Notes: generated by a model from the letters alone, not told the origin. Positions 50,168 through 62,740 are shown, counted from the first letter of the whole stretch. The stretch: 62,740 bases of DNA, filler included, from Bonamia ostreae (GCA_040357525.1; 47 parts of 47 records of this genome joined end to end with filler, not necessarily neighbours in it), one strand, 5' to 3'. Numbers and translations: made by a program.

Positions 50168-50905
50168 ATGACATTTAAATGACATTTTACTATTTTTCAA
50201 TTGAGTTGTAATTGATAAAATTGAGTGAACTAATCAAATTTGAAATTTTTATTATCAAAATTTTTATCAAATTTCTGAAATTTCCGTAGCGAACCTTTTG
50301 TGAACGACTTTTTTAATAATAAAAAAGCAATAAAAAGAGAGCACTTTTTGTAATAATGGAAGATAACAAATTTTAGGTAATGTTATTTGCATTTGCAGAA
50401 CTACAACAAGAGTAAGAATTTCCAGTAACGGGATAATATTAAGGTATCCAGACAAAGAAGAAATAGAACAATAAATGAGAAAAAAATTATAAAAAGATAT
50501 TTTTGCAACAAAAAATTATTTAAAAACGATAAAAGATTTACTCAGACTAGATCATATCCTGAAACCACATATAAATAATTTGTTCATAAGAGGTGACCAA
50601 AATTAAACAGACTAGGCATTAGAATTAGAAGATGCACAAACGAAAATCACTTTAATACAAAAATAAGAAAACACCTCAAAAAACAAAAATTGAAGAAGTT
50701 TCGAAAATTACAAAGTCATAAAAATTACAAAAGAATTAACAGAAGCACCAATCTTGTAAAAGATAACAGCAACCATTNNNNNNNNNNNNNNNNNNNNNNN
50801 NNNNNNNNNNNNNNNNNNNNNTTAATTAATTAANNNNNNNNNNNNNNNNNNNNNNNNNNNNNNNNNNNNNNNNNNNNTTTTATTTTTAAATTTTTATATA
50901 TATTT

Positions 50906-52108
50906 TTATTTTTTTATTATATTTTTAAAATTTCGATCTATTACGGTACTTTTTCTGATTTTTAGCGCCTTAATTACATATTCCAGAAAGGGTACTAGGC
51001 TATTTTTGTTCCTTAACAATTTCATCTGCAAATATTTATTTTTGCATTTAAACGTTTTCATTAACTTTTTCCTCAAGACTTTGTATTTTTCACAGTAAAA
51101 TAAAAAATGTTTAACAGTTTCATTCGATTGGCAAAATTTGCATTTTGCTGTTTTTACAACAAATATGCTGTTTAAAAAATACTTTAGCTCTAACGCGCCA
51201 CCAACAACTTTTAAAAGGTTTATATAATAGTGAATATTTAAATTTTTGAATATATTGTAAACTTTTTGATTATTTATAAAAAACATTTCGAATATATCAA
51301 TTGAGAAATTAACATTTAAATTACTTTTATTAAATTTTTCTTTCTTAAATTTCTCGAATTGACAAGTGAAAATATGTTTTTTTGTATCTTTTAAATTTTT
51401 TGATATTTCATTTATATTCATACTCTCTAGTTTTGATTTTATAACATACGTGATACTTTTTTTTGAGTAGAATGTTTTTTTGTTAGGATCTTTACAGTTT
51501 ATTTCTTTAATACATTTTTTATCATACAGTTTTTTTATTAAAAAGATATAACGATTTTCAATTGTAAGCATATTCAGAGATGACAAAAGTAAAATGTAAC
51601 TCGCTCTTTTATTTATATTTAATAAATAGCACAGACACAGATGTTGAAAATTTTCTAACTTTTTTATTCTTGATTTAGTTAAAGACATTATCAATGGGTA
51701 CGCATACTCAAATACTGGTCTAATAAATGTTTTATATGCGTTTACTATATATTCTTTTTTAGCTCCTTTAATGTTATTAGAGAGATATTTTACTATATAT
51801 AATCTTTTTCTTGACTTTTTTAATTGTGTATTTACAAAACTATCGAATTTTAAACGATTATCAAATATAACTCCTAGGTATTTTATCTCATCTACATATT
51901 TTAACTTTTCATTATATATTTTTATGTTTATTTTGGGAATTTTTTTTGTATTTGACACAAACATAGCTACAGATTTTTCAATTGAAAACTTTAAATTTAA
52001 AATGCTTGTTTGTTTTGTTATTCTTTTTAATTCATTATTTAAATTTTCTATTAATTTCTTTTCATTTTTATTTATAGAATTATCAAAAACCATTTCATTC
52101 ATTTTCTT
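50906..52108 (-). mobile_element. Non-LTR retrotransposon ORF2, C-terminal half (end of RT plus CCHC zinc knuckle), very AT-rich, frame intact
   Basis: LKFSIEKS, KYLGVIFDNRLKF, YKTFIRPVFEYA and CKFCQSNETVKHFLFYCEKY, followed by an A-rich 3' end. Confidence 0.88.
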
Positions 52109-52719
52109 NNNNNNNNNNNNNNNNNNNNNNNNNNNNNNNNNNNNNNNNNNNNTTAATTAATTAANNNNNNNNNNNNNNNNNNNNNNNNNNNNNNNNNNNN
52201 NNNNNNNNTCGCTAATAAAAAAAAAAAAATCTTAAAAATACATGTATTCATACATGTAACCATTAGTGATAACATCATTATCTTATGAAAAACTATCGTT
52301 AGAGATAAAATGATAAAAAAATTCGTGTTTTTTTATCATTAGTGGACAACACTGTATATTTTCCACTCACAGATTATAAACGACTTGTCTGCCCTCTAAT
52401 GATAAAGATTTTTCATTAGCGAAAATTTATTATTAATGCTTATGATGGTGCATCATTCATGAGATGATTTTATCATTAGTGGCTTTTATATCATTTTAGT
52501 GGTTACTTCATGTACGTAAGTATGCTTACTTGGTATTTCTGATGAACTAGCTGGGTGAGTTCATCGCGGTTCTTAAATGTGATTTTCGTTTTAAAAATCT
52601 GAAACGCTGTGAACGGAGTCGTGTTTACCATAGTGGGAGCAGTTTGCATTGTTCAACGCCCCCAGACGGCATCAGCTGTACGTGACGCTTTCAAAATTTC
52701 TAACTCCATTACAGTAATG

Positions 52720-52795
52720 AGCGTAATCTATGATGCCAACTCCTACTATGACACGGGGCCTCCGTTTTACGGTTATATTAAAAAAGACCTGATGT
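52720..52795 (+). repeat. SINE-like host repeat fragment; related pieces at about 25360-25416 and 53540-53598
   Basis: The segments ...TGACACGGGGCCTCCGTTTT..., ...GACCTATTCTAACCCGG... and ...CCCGTCGAGAATTTTTCAC... resemble consecutive parts of an abundant oyster repeat. This is recalled from memory, not searched. Confidence 0.45.
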
Positions 52796-53139
52796 GACAT
52801 TTTTTACACTTTTAATGCCTTGAAGTTTTTAAAGAGACATCTTACATGTATGTTTGATGCGGTGCTCTGTTGCAAAGCACGTTCTCTGATCACTAGGCAA
52901 CTGCTACCAGATGTAAAGGGAATATGCATTCTGTTCCAAAGTACTGGGAATATAAAGAAAAAACAAAACAAATATTAGTCCCACAAACCGTGTATCAGGA
53001 GACCCAACACACATAACCAATTGGGTAATCTGATTGAAACCGTGTCACAAGAACAAAATTTCCCAACATGAAACATAATTATTTCCCAGTTGACAATGAT
53101 TCAATTTGAAATAGTAATAGATTAAGTTTATGAAAATCA

Positions 53140-53439
53140 TCACTCAAAGGGGATCAAAGTTTGTAGGAAAAATTATTTTTGGGATCTTCTCATGAAGAAC
53201 AGCCCCATTAAATCAGTTTAATATCCGAGCATTCATAGGTAGTGTAGATTAAAGTGTGTTCAAATTATGGCCTCCTGAAGAAAGTGGGACCACAAAGGGG
53301 GAGGGGTGAAAGTTTTACGTGGGGAAATATAGAGGAATGCATTATCTTTAAAAAAAAGATTTCATCTCATCAACAGAACAATGATTAGTCATAGTGATAT
53401 GCAAATATCTTGGGGGTCATGTACTTCAAAGTTTATTCA
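53140..53439 (+). repeat. Degenerate Helitron-associated satellite-like repeat (oyster type)
   Basis: The motifs GGGGATCAAAGTTT, GTAGTGTAGATTAAAGTGTGTTCAAATTATGG and GGGACCACAA..GGGG resemble the oyster ~170-bp satellite. This is recalled from memory. Confidence 0.5.
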
Positions 53440-56400
53440 NNNNNNNNNNNNNNNNNNNNNNNNNNNNNNNNNNNNNNNNNNNNTTAATTAATTAANNNNN
53501 NNNNNNNNNNNNNNNNNNNNNNNNNNNNNNNNNNNNNNNTTGCTTCACACGACAAGTAAGGGGCACTGGGGACCTATTCTAACCCGGGTTCCACCGGAAT
53601 CATTACTTAAAAAAATTGCTAGGAATATCAATTGCATGCATTTATTAGTTATTGCAATCATTCTTCTTAAAAAGCAAAAACAAATCAAATCATATAAATT
53701 CTCATTTGTCAAAATTGAAAGATGGACAACTGCATATATTCCAGACGCGCAAGTCATGGATATCACAGTGTCCAGACATGCAACTCCTTGAGCTAGATTA
53801 AAACAATACTTCTAGAAACAGCCCAGAATTATATTTCACAATAACATCTGCAATGTGTTCTCTTTGTTTAGACATAAAACATTGTGAAACTTCATATTTG
53901 AGTTAACTCTCACTTATTGATTGATAAGTGATAATCATTATGAATGAAATGTGAAGTAAATTGCGTCAACTGTTGATAATGACAAAACGTCAACCTGTAT
54001 GAGAGTCCATTCTATATTTACAAAGAAAGTTTCGCATGAAAATGAATACCTTTCTCTTTCAGCATAGAAATTAATAGGTTTTTCTCAGCAATATCCTTCT
54101 TTAGTTTTTCGACTGTTTCCCTTGAAGTGTAAAATTTTTCTACAACCAGTTTACTTCTTCTAAGACAATCTTTCTGATTTGCTAGTTCCTCTTGAATCAT
54201 TTTAATTTCAGCTTCTGAAAAAAATGCGAATGTATGATAAATAAATCGAAGAAATAAATAAATGATAAAAGTGAAAACTTTAATATTGATATTATTTCTT
54301 CTTGAAAAAAAAGCTGAGTATCTTTTGAAAGACTTGCATATGTGATAACGTTTTGTTTTCCTCCTGTGAAACTCAAATTTTAAAGCTTTTTTTTTTAGAA
54401 AGACCAAATCTTCTACATTTATGGAAGCAATTGTATTGAATATTAAGTCATGCTCATCACCACATATTTTAGTGAGAGGACACAAATCAAATTAGATAAC
54501 AAGCTGATGCTACTAAATACACTGTAGTGTTGATAGTTGTTTGTTGGCATTATCACAATAAGACATAAATGACCTAGCTATAACTTTGTAGTCATTCCCA
54601 TTACACTAGAGGCTAGGGACAGACACGTAACATCATTTCTTTTACGAAGTGTGTATGTAAGGGGTGTGTAAAATGATTGTCTGTTTAGTCTTTACAAACA
54701 AATGACAAAAGTTTATATTTCAGTTCAATTCATGGGTTCAGTTTTGTATACCAACCCATAAACGCCATTNNNNNNNNNNNNNNNNNNNNNNNNNNNNNNN
54801 NNNNNNNNNNNNNTTAATTAATTAANNNNNNNNNNNNNNNNNNNNNNNNNNNNNNNNNNNNNNNNNNNNAATTAAAAGAAAAGATTTCTAAGGGAGAAAA
54901 AAAAAATGGGGGAAAATTCATATTTCCTTTACATGCATTTTTCATTTTAAACCTATAATTTAGTGTCTACAATGTTGAAATCAACCTTCAGAAATGGTAT
55001 GTAGTTTCCAAATCTACAACCACTATTGTAATGAATTCTGGCTTTGAAGTCCTTCAAGGCAAACCTTCCCCTAAGATATATTTAGATAAGTTAAAATCTT
55101 CAGATAAGTTTACAATAGTATTTTAGGGACACTTCGGCATTGAAGTCGAAATTCAAGTAAACCGACAAAAAGTAGGGGACTGTTTTTGAAAATCTGTGGT
55201 ATATAAACATGGTCATTACTTGTCAGTGAGCCACACAACTGTCAGTATATGATGTGAATATGTTTGCAATCATTTCAATCCGTCTCACGCCACACTCTTA
55301 TATTTTATTTCGTATTTTCAATACCTTTCCATATCCTAAATAACCATGTGTACTTTTTCCTTTAATAATTTGGCTTAAATGCATATCCATGTTTTATTTA
55401 AAAGGCATTATAAGAGAATGTAGATTGTATGCAAACGTATAAAAAGTAGATCATACAAAAATACTTCACATTCCCGCTCAACATTAACATTTACAATACT
55501 TTTAAGGAAATGAACCACCGCTTTTGATATCATATATCCGAATTTATTATCGTAATATGAACACATCTCTCATTATATACTAGTAGTCTATTACAATGTA
55601 ATTTCCCGTAAAAATTGAAATCCAGAAATTGTACATTTCTGTTTCATGCTTTTTGTTTCCGGGAACCAGTAACCATGTAACACTTACTGCAAAAGACACC
55701 TCAATTTTGAATGCCGTATCCAAATTAAAGACTTGTGAATTCTGGCAATCGAACAGTTACTACCTGATTTATTGACCTATATGTAGCACTATCTATGCAC
55801 GCTCTTCTTTGGATTTCCATCTTTATAATTCAAATATATGTAAATGTATCATGCATCACTGACATGTTCTATTGTTGCCAGAAATGTCTTGTAGAATAAA
55901 TGTATATCAAGCAGGAAGTTAATCCGAAAGTATTTAAGACCGGACATGCCATTACAAAAATGAAAGAGAATGTAGAGTTCAAAGCGTAAACAATACATAC
56001 ATGTCTCATACTGGTATATCATTGTGGGAAATGAATAACAATATAAATGTGCAGTTATTGACAGAGGACTGTTGTACTTCCTATATTTTCTTGTTTAGNN
56101 NNNNNNNNNNNNNNNNNNNNNNNNNNNNNNNNNNNNNNNNNNTTAATTAATTAANNNNNNNNNNNNNNNNNNNNNNNNNNNNNNNNNNNNNNNNNNNNGC
56201 TTTAGCGATTTCATTCATTTCGATTGGGGTTCTAATCATAATGATCACCACAAAAATGATAACTATGTTCTTTAGTGAATTTAGAAATAAATCGCCGATT
56301 AAGCTTACAATCAAAAATATTTCACCTTTTGTATTTTTAAATATCGGAAAAATATTTTTGATAACTTTAATATTTAATAAATTTTTAAATACAATATTTT

Positions 56401-57589
56401 CGAATTTAAATTTTAGAAAAAATCGAAAAGTTTAAAAACGGCTGGGCTCGAACTGTTTTATCAAAAGACCATATCCAAATCCAAGAACACTGGCTAATAA
56501 AGTCAATTGAGAGTTTGGGCGAGTGGCCAAAAATTTTAGAATTTTGTTCATTTCTTAAAATTATATTTTGTGTTTTTGCAAATTGATTTTTCTTATCGCG
56601 TTTTCGAATCAAAAATCCCAAAATTTCGCAAATTTAATATTTGAGCAATAATTTCAATAAAAATAATTTTATTCCTACAACGACAAATCTTCTAAAATGA
56701 AGCGTCGCCCTTTAAAATAGGAATTTAAAAGTAAAAATTTATCGAAGCAATTTTCAACCAATATTTTTGGCGATAAATTTGTAACAACCATTTTTTGTGA
56801 ATTATAATAAATTAAAACACAAAAATTTAATATTCTTCACATCCCAAACAAATCTATTTAAAAATCGAAAAAACTTGCGAGTTTTGCGTTGAAAATAAAG
56901 TTCTTTAAGAAAAATGTCATCGCAATCTTCAAAAGCAAAGCGAAAATCAACGCAATCGCTGAACCAAAAATCGAATTTTTTGTAAAAACTTATTTTTACG
57001 TTTACACAAATTAATAAAACTGAAAATCGCCACGAAATTAGAGCTCAAGTTAAACAAATCGAACAAATAGACAAAATTAAAATTGTATTGCCAAATAAAA
57101 GTTAGGAGAGCTAACAAGCGCCCGAAATTTGACAGCAAAAGCGACAATAGTAAATATTTTGCGCTAAAGGTTAAGTGAAAACGATTTGTAGCAATTGTTG
57201 CTACGCCACGGAATATACTTTGACGCGAAGAGAACTCCTGAAAACAGAAGAAAACAGTTTAAAAGAGAAACTAAAAACAAGACGAACAAGTCTATTAAAC
57301 TCCATTCTTTAATTCCGGTTAATTTGGATAGTCTGACATATTTGAGGTGTAAGAAAATTAAGAAAATTTGAATTTAAGTCTAAACGTCTAAACGTCTATA
57401 TTTGATTAAAGGATATAAGCATCGAAANNNNNNNNNNNNNNNNNNNNNNNNNNNNNNNNNNNNNNNNNNNNTTAATTAATTAANNNNNNNNNNNNNNNNN
57501 NNNNNNNNNNNNNNNNNNNNNNNNNNNTTAAACTTTTTTGCGTTTTTCTGTCCTTGTGCTTTTTTGCTTTGCAAAAACTTTGATAAAAG

Positions 57590-58750
57590 CAAAGAACGAT
57601 GTTGCTGGACTGGACATTTGATCCAGACGAAAACATCTTCAATCCGCTCATCGACTCTCCGACCGAATTTGTGCAAGTTCACGGCGACTCGTTCGTCCAT
57701 TCGATCCATTTCGGAAAATCTTCCGCTTATCAAATCAACCTCTCTAAAAGCGTTTTCGAAGAAGGAATAGTGCAAAAGGACCTGAAAAAATCAATCGATT
57801 CCTTTCTCAACAACGGTTTCCATATTTTGAGCTGTCTTCACAAAATCAAAATAAACAAACTATTGTTACCAGAAATGTCCGACAAGCTTACAAAATGGCT
57901 CAAGAATACTATTAGCGCGGAGAATTGCCGAGTTTACAGATTGCCGTTCGGTTCGTTCAAAGCACCAGAAGAAAGCGAACCGATCACGATGAACGAGTTG
58001 AAAGAGCTGCTCCGTTTGCAAAACAGCCAAACGGCTCTGTCGCCGACCGTGATCGACGCCGACATTTCATTCTATCCCGACAGAATAGTGGCGGGCGCGC
58101 TCTTTAAGAGCCGGGAACCGTTTTGCTCTCGCTTCGAGCAAAATGTCGCCCCGAACTGCGTCGATCTGTTCCAAAGCATGCGCTATTTGGAACATCTCGC
58201 AGACAATTTGGGTTCAAAAAATGGCGAGAAAACAAGCTTAAACGAAATAAAACTGCGAGAAAAAGCTTTCGATTTGAAGAAAAATTTGTTGAAAGCGAAA
58301 GAATGGACGAAAAAGCAATCTCAAATGCTGAACGAAATATCGACTTTGTCTCTTCCGGACGCTTCGAACGTCTTTGAGGGAATGGACGAGGAAGCCGAAA
58401 ACGGCAATTTGATCGAAAAGAATAAAAGTTATAACCGAAAAACAGAAGATATGGAGAAAATGAGCTTTTATAAAATAGATAAGTCCGAAAAAAAGATAAA
58501 AGATATAAAAATGGCGACTGAGAATATGGTGTCAGTGAATAAAGTGGATTATAAGACGATTGTTTGGCTTTGCATAGAATTGACGAGAGCGTTAGAAAAG
58601 TATTCTTCTCAAACGATCGATAGTTCGAGCGAAATTCCCAAATTTGTTGTTTTTGCGTCTTTTAATAAAAACGTTCCGACTTTGTTGTCGAATGAAAGTC
58701 ATTTTGGGGATTTTGGGCCAGGTTTGCGATTATTTTGTGAATATTTGTGA
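57590..58750 (+). CDS. Hypothetical protist protein, long exon
   Basis: 383-codon ORF with coding-like composition. No family was recognised. Confidence 0.65.
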   Translation, partial: QRTMLLDWTFDPDENIFNPLIDSPTEFVQVHGDSFVHSIHFGKSSAYQINLSKSVFEEGIVQKDLKKSIDSFLNNGFHILSCLHKIKINKLLLPEMSDKLTKWLKNTISAENCRVYRLPFGSFKAPEESEPITMNELKELLRLQNSQTALSPTVIDADISFYPDRIVAGALFKSREPFCSRFEQNVAPNCVDLFQSMRYLEHLADNLGSKNGEKTSLNEIKLREKAFDLKKNLLKAKEWTKKQSQMLNEISTLSLPDASNVFEGMDEEAENGNLIEKNKSYNRKTEDMEKMSFYKIDKSEKKIKDIKMATENMVSVNKVDYKTIVWLCIELTRALEKYSSQTIDSSSEIPKFVVFASFNKNVPTLLSNESHFGDFGPGLRLFCEYL

Positions 58751-58995
58751 TTTTTTNNNNNNNNNNNNNNNNNNNNNNNNNNNNNNNNNNNNNNNNNNNN
58801 TTAATTAATTAANNNNNNNNNNNNNNNNNNNNNNNNNNNNNNNNNNNNNNNNNNNNTAAATTCTTATAAAATTTTTTTCGTTCTTTATTTTTAAAATTTT
58901 TATTTTTATGAATTTTTTTCGTTCTTTATCGCTATTTTTTCTATTTTTAAAAATTTGTTGAAAAGTGCTTTGAAGAACTAGAAATAAGCTCTGAG

Positions 58996-60085
58996 ATGGC
59001 ATCGATTTCTTCTTTTAAGAAAAAAGCTAATGGATATGTTGTAAAATTGGATTCTTTGACAGATTCGAGTTTTGAAACCAGTATTCTCTTCACGGAATAT
59101 TCCATTCCAACGAACAAATTAAAAATCTACAATTTAGCAAAATCTTTGCGAAACGAACAAAATGCCACAAAACCTCAAATCCAAGACATTTTCTCGAAAA
59201 AATTGGAAAAAATCTTAACCGATTTCGATCAAAATTTAGGCGATCCAAATTTAGAGAATCGAAAATTGGTCAAAAATGAAACAAAAACAGTTTTGAAAAC
59301 GGTCTTAGACAAATTGAGTGAAGGTTTTTCTATCATCGAAACAATGACGATTGATAAACCGATTTTGCAATTCATTCAAACAATTTCCGAAACAACCGAT
59401 AAACAAATTTTCGGAATTTTGAAAAACTTTTTAAGCTCAAATCTTCCGTTTTATTTGACCAAAAACGAAAATGAATTGAACGCGATGAACGAATACAGAA
59501 ACAAGTTAAAAAGGGAATTTGTTGAAGCGAAACAAACGAAAAACGTGAAAAAAGCTCTCGCTGCGAAAGAGGGCGGACAGGAAACTTGTAAAAAAATGAT
59601 GAAACAGAACAGAATCGTCGCAGAAAAACTTCGTAATTCGAAGGAACGAATCGAATTGAGAGGCCTTTTTAACAAATTGGTCAAATTTGACGAGAAAAGA
59701 TTTGATTGTGAGAAAACGGAAAAAGCGGGAGAAAGTGATATTGAGAACTTGAAGAGATCGTTCAAAGATTTGGTTGGAAAGTCCAATTTGAGAATTAGTG
59801 ATTTAAAGTTTTTTGTTTACAATTTTTTGCATTTTTTTATAATTGCTATTTTGACTAAATTTTCGATAAAATTTAATGAAGAGCTGAAAACAAAATAAAA
59901 ATGGGATTGATTAAAAAATTGCCACCGAAATCAATGTTAACGATTGAAGAATCGATAAAATTGGAATTGGATAGAATGAATAACGTTTTTGAAAACAAAA
60001 TCGGCATTATTTCGAATCAGAAAGAAATTGATTCAGAAGAAGACAAAAAATTGTTTTTTTACAAATGGAAATTGACAATAAAAAA
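58996..60085 (+). CDS. Hypothetical helical/coiled-coil protist protein (probably spliced near 59808)
   Basis: 300-codon ORF followed by a second coding-like segment. No family was recognised. Confidence 0.55.
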
Positions 60086-60681
60086 NNNNNNNNNNNNNNN
60101 NNNNNNNNNNNNNNNNNNNNNNNNNNNNNTTAATTAATTAANNNNNNNNNNNNNNNNNNNNNNNNNNNNNNNNNNNNNNNNNNNNATTTTTTTTTCCATT
60201 TCTTTTCAAAATTTTTATAAAATTTTAAGATTTTGATTCACGTCCATTTTATAGTTTTCATCCATTATTTTTTTGAATTCAAAAATTACATTTAAATAAC
60301 GATATTTGCATTTAATTGTTTGATATAATAATCGCAACAGATTTCAAATAATAATTTTCCGACATTTTCTGGATTCACAAAATCTTTAAATTTATAAAGA
60401 CAAATATAAACAATAAAATAACCGCAGAAAAATTTGATGTCTTAAAAATAATTTTTATTCTATTTTATCATTTTTTGAAAACTGTTCAGTTCTTTTTGCG
60501 ATCTGAGTTGTTGCAGTTAAATATTGTTACCAAAAAAAATCTTTGTTACAGCAAAATATGTTTTTGAAAAGAAATATTTTGTTACGAAAAGAAATTACTT
60601 CAAAGTCAAATTTTCAACGGAAATTCGCTTACAATAAATTAATAATTTTGCAGAACTTTGAAATTTTAAACGAGAAAAAAT

Positions 60682-61413
60682 TTATTTATCAACGTCACAA
60701 AAAGAAAAATTAGCAAAGTGTGCAAAATAGCCTTTTGCGCTCATTTTAGATTCAGCCAACGACTCTTCCGTGAACTCTCTATAAAAATTTGAAGTGTCGT
60801 CTTTTTCCGAACCCATTTTCGGTTTGTACGGCGGCGAAATCTTCCGCATCAACAATCGGTACCAATCGACTCCTTCAAAGAATTTGTGGCTCATTATTTC
60901 TGAACAGTCGCTTGGACCGCTTCCGAGGCGCTTCGAAGGATCTTTTTCGAGCAGTTTCGTGATTAAATCGACTGCGCTTTTGGACATTTTTGGAGGGAAT
61001 TCGACTTTTTTGTCTATAATTTGTCTTTCGATTTGATTGCGGCCGACGCTTTTGAAAGGCGATTTGCCGACCATCAATTCGTAGAGAAGGACGCCGAGAG
61101 TCCACCAGTCGATGGTGTGAGTGTATTCTTTGCCTTCTATCATCTCAGGCGCTTTTTGGAAACGAAAATTTTTATTTTCGAAAATTTAAAATTGGAAATT
61201 TTTGATAGAAACCGAGATATTCAGCGGTACCGCAAATGGACTTTGCGCAGGTCTCGCCTTTTCTGAAAATTTTGGACATTCCGAAATCGGTGAGACAAAT
61301 ATGTCCATTTTCGTCGAACAAGACATTTTCCGGTTTCAAGTCTCTGTAGATAATGCCGTTTTTGTGGAGATGTCCCAAGGCCATTACTATTTCTGCTATT
61401 ATGAACTCTTTTT
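60682..61413 (-). CDS. AGC-family Ser/Thr kinase (Akt/SGK/S6K-like), C-terminal half; intron 61152-61212
   Basis: [38 protein letters not shown] and the hydrophobic motif FANFSF. Confidence 0.93.
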
Positions 61414-62740
61414 NNNNNNNNNNNNNNNNNNNNNNNNNNNNNNNNNNNNNNNNNNNNTTAATTAATTAANNNNNNNNNNNNNNNNNNNNNNNNNNNNNNN
61501 NNNNNNNNNNNNNACAAACCATTACCTAAGGCTTTGTAATTATTATAAAAAAACCTCTATCATCAGTGGAATCAATTTGCTCTTCAATGTCATCAAGTTA
61601 ATGGCTCACAATTTTTGGGCTAGAGTAGGTAACCCCAAACCTGCAATTTTCGGCGGGAAAAAAGTATGCGTAGTGTTGAGGTTTATATCGCGGAATTCTT
61701 GCATTGCTGTCTCAAATCAAAGTTCAGAAATTTGGTTTTGATGATGATATGCTGCTCTACATGGGAAAATATTGTGAAGGACCAGAAAGTTACAGATCTA
61801 CCCCTGATAAAAAGTATTGATGTATGGTTCACACTTAAGGCCTTATATCGCCTTTCAAAAATTTCATATGAAAACAAATCTTCACATATTCCCCCAATAT
61901 ACTTGTCCTCAAACATACCTTCAAAACATTTATTGAAACCCAATATAAACCGAAATATCACGGCTTTAAATTTCCCCCCTGCTTCTTCCATTCACTAAGT
62001 TCGGTCCGTTCCTTTGTTTGTTACCATCAGTAAGGGAAAGTCAGGGTTCTGAACCAGTGGTCTCCCATAGGATTTTTTTTAGGCCTCCCGAGACATGATG
62101 CTACGTACGGCGCCATGAATGTGTTCAATCAAGTGTATGTAATTAATCGTTTAATCAGTCGATTATGCATAATTTATTGTTAATTTAATAAAAGTATGAA
62201 CACACTGATTACTTAGAATACAATATTAATATATCTAGTTAAAGTTTGTTTATTGTGTTTATTAAAGTATTGATTTCTACTGGTGCATTTTTAAATACCT
62301 CTGCTTTACTGTGTTGATTCGGACGCACTCATGCGCAACACAGGTAAAGTTTTCATAAGTGTCAGAACAGATCACAATAGACAAGTTTTAACTGTCTTAA
62401 AAATATATATTGCGACGCGATACTGAATATTTTAAACCAGGCTTTATCGAACATTGTATTTTCCATGTATTTAGATATTTGAATTTCAACTGCCCACTTG
62501 ATTTAAAAAAATAAGAACAGCTGAACTCCTGGAATAATTCAACCATCAGAATAAAAATTGAGACATTAACAAGTGTACAGCAGTTTACCAGTATATTGTG
62601 ACATCATGTACTGTGAAGTGCATTAAGGTACATTTCATGCTATTTCTTTTAAATTTACTCGGGACACTTCAACCCTGCTGTGTACCACAAATAATTTCCG
62701 TGAAGAATATAGTTAGAACAGGTCCCCGTTACTCATTGCA

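Noticed and set aside
50400-50650. Minus-strand hydrophobic frame that stays open if TGA is read as Trp (mitochondrial-like)
   Set aside because: No recognisable mitochondrial protein motif, and T-rich DNA gives such frames by chance. An unresolved intron-containing nuclear gene is equally possible.
61514-62740. Short ORFs in host-type contigs (also 16133-17374, 20160-21400, 24179-25416, 41552-44118 and 53540-56098)
   Set aside because: No recognisable domains. They are probably isolated exons, decayed repeats or non-coding DNA and cannot be called from sequence alone.

Overview
This window is not a contiguous chromosome. It holds 47 unrelated contigs of about 1.23-1.25 kb, sorted by decreasing length and joined by an artificial 100-nt spacer (44 N + TTAATTAATTAA + 44 N). 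All recognisable content is eukaryotic or eukaryote-compatible, and it appears to come from at least two genomes. (1) An animal, probably a bivalve (oyster-like): sparse exons with ordinary long introns, microsatellites, recurring interspersed repeats and decayed DNA transposons. (2) A gene-dense, AT-rich protist with divergent housekeeping genes: eIF4A, H2A.Z, ARL1, CKS1, CTF8, transketolase, LUC7, ARS2, TAP42, SPCS1, HSP110, CHMP7-like, DSK2, an AGC kinase and mitochondrial translation factors. A bivalve parasite such as an ascetosporean is plausible, but that is inference only. The strongest signal is the protist's splicing system. It has many 19-27 nt GT-AG introns, one of which splits the DEAD motif of eIF4A. 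Its donors are degenerate (GTTT/GTAAA) and many acceptors are A-rich AAG sites with no polypyrimidine tract. Other oddities are an in-frame TAA inside the conserved core of the U1 factor LUC7, a mitochondrial release-factor homologue with GGR instead of GGQ, a bacterial EttA-like ABC-F, and an H2A.Z with a tail of about 90 aa. Family calls come from motif recognition by eye; no searches were run.
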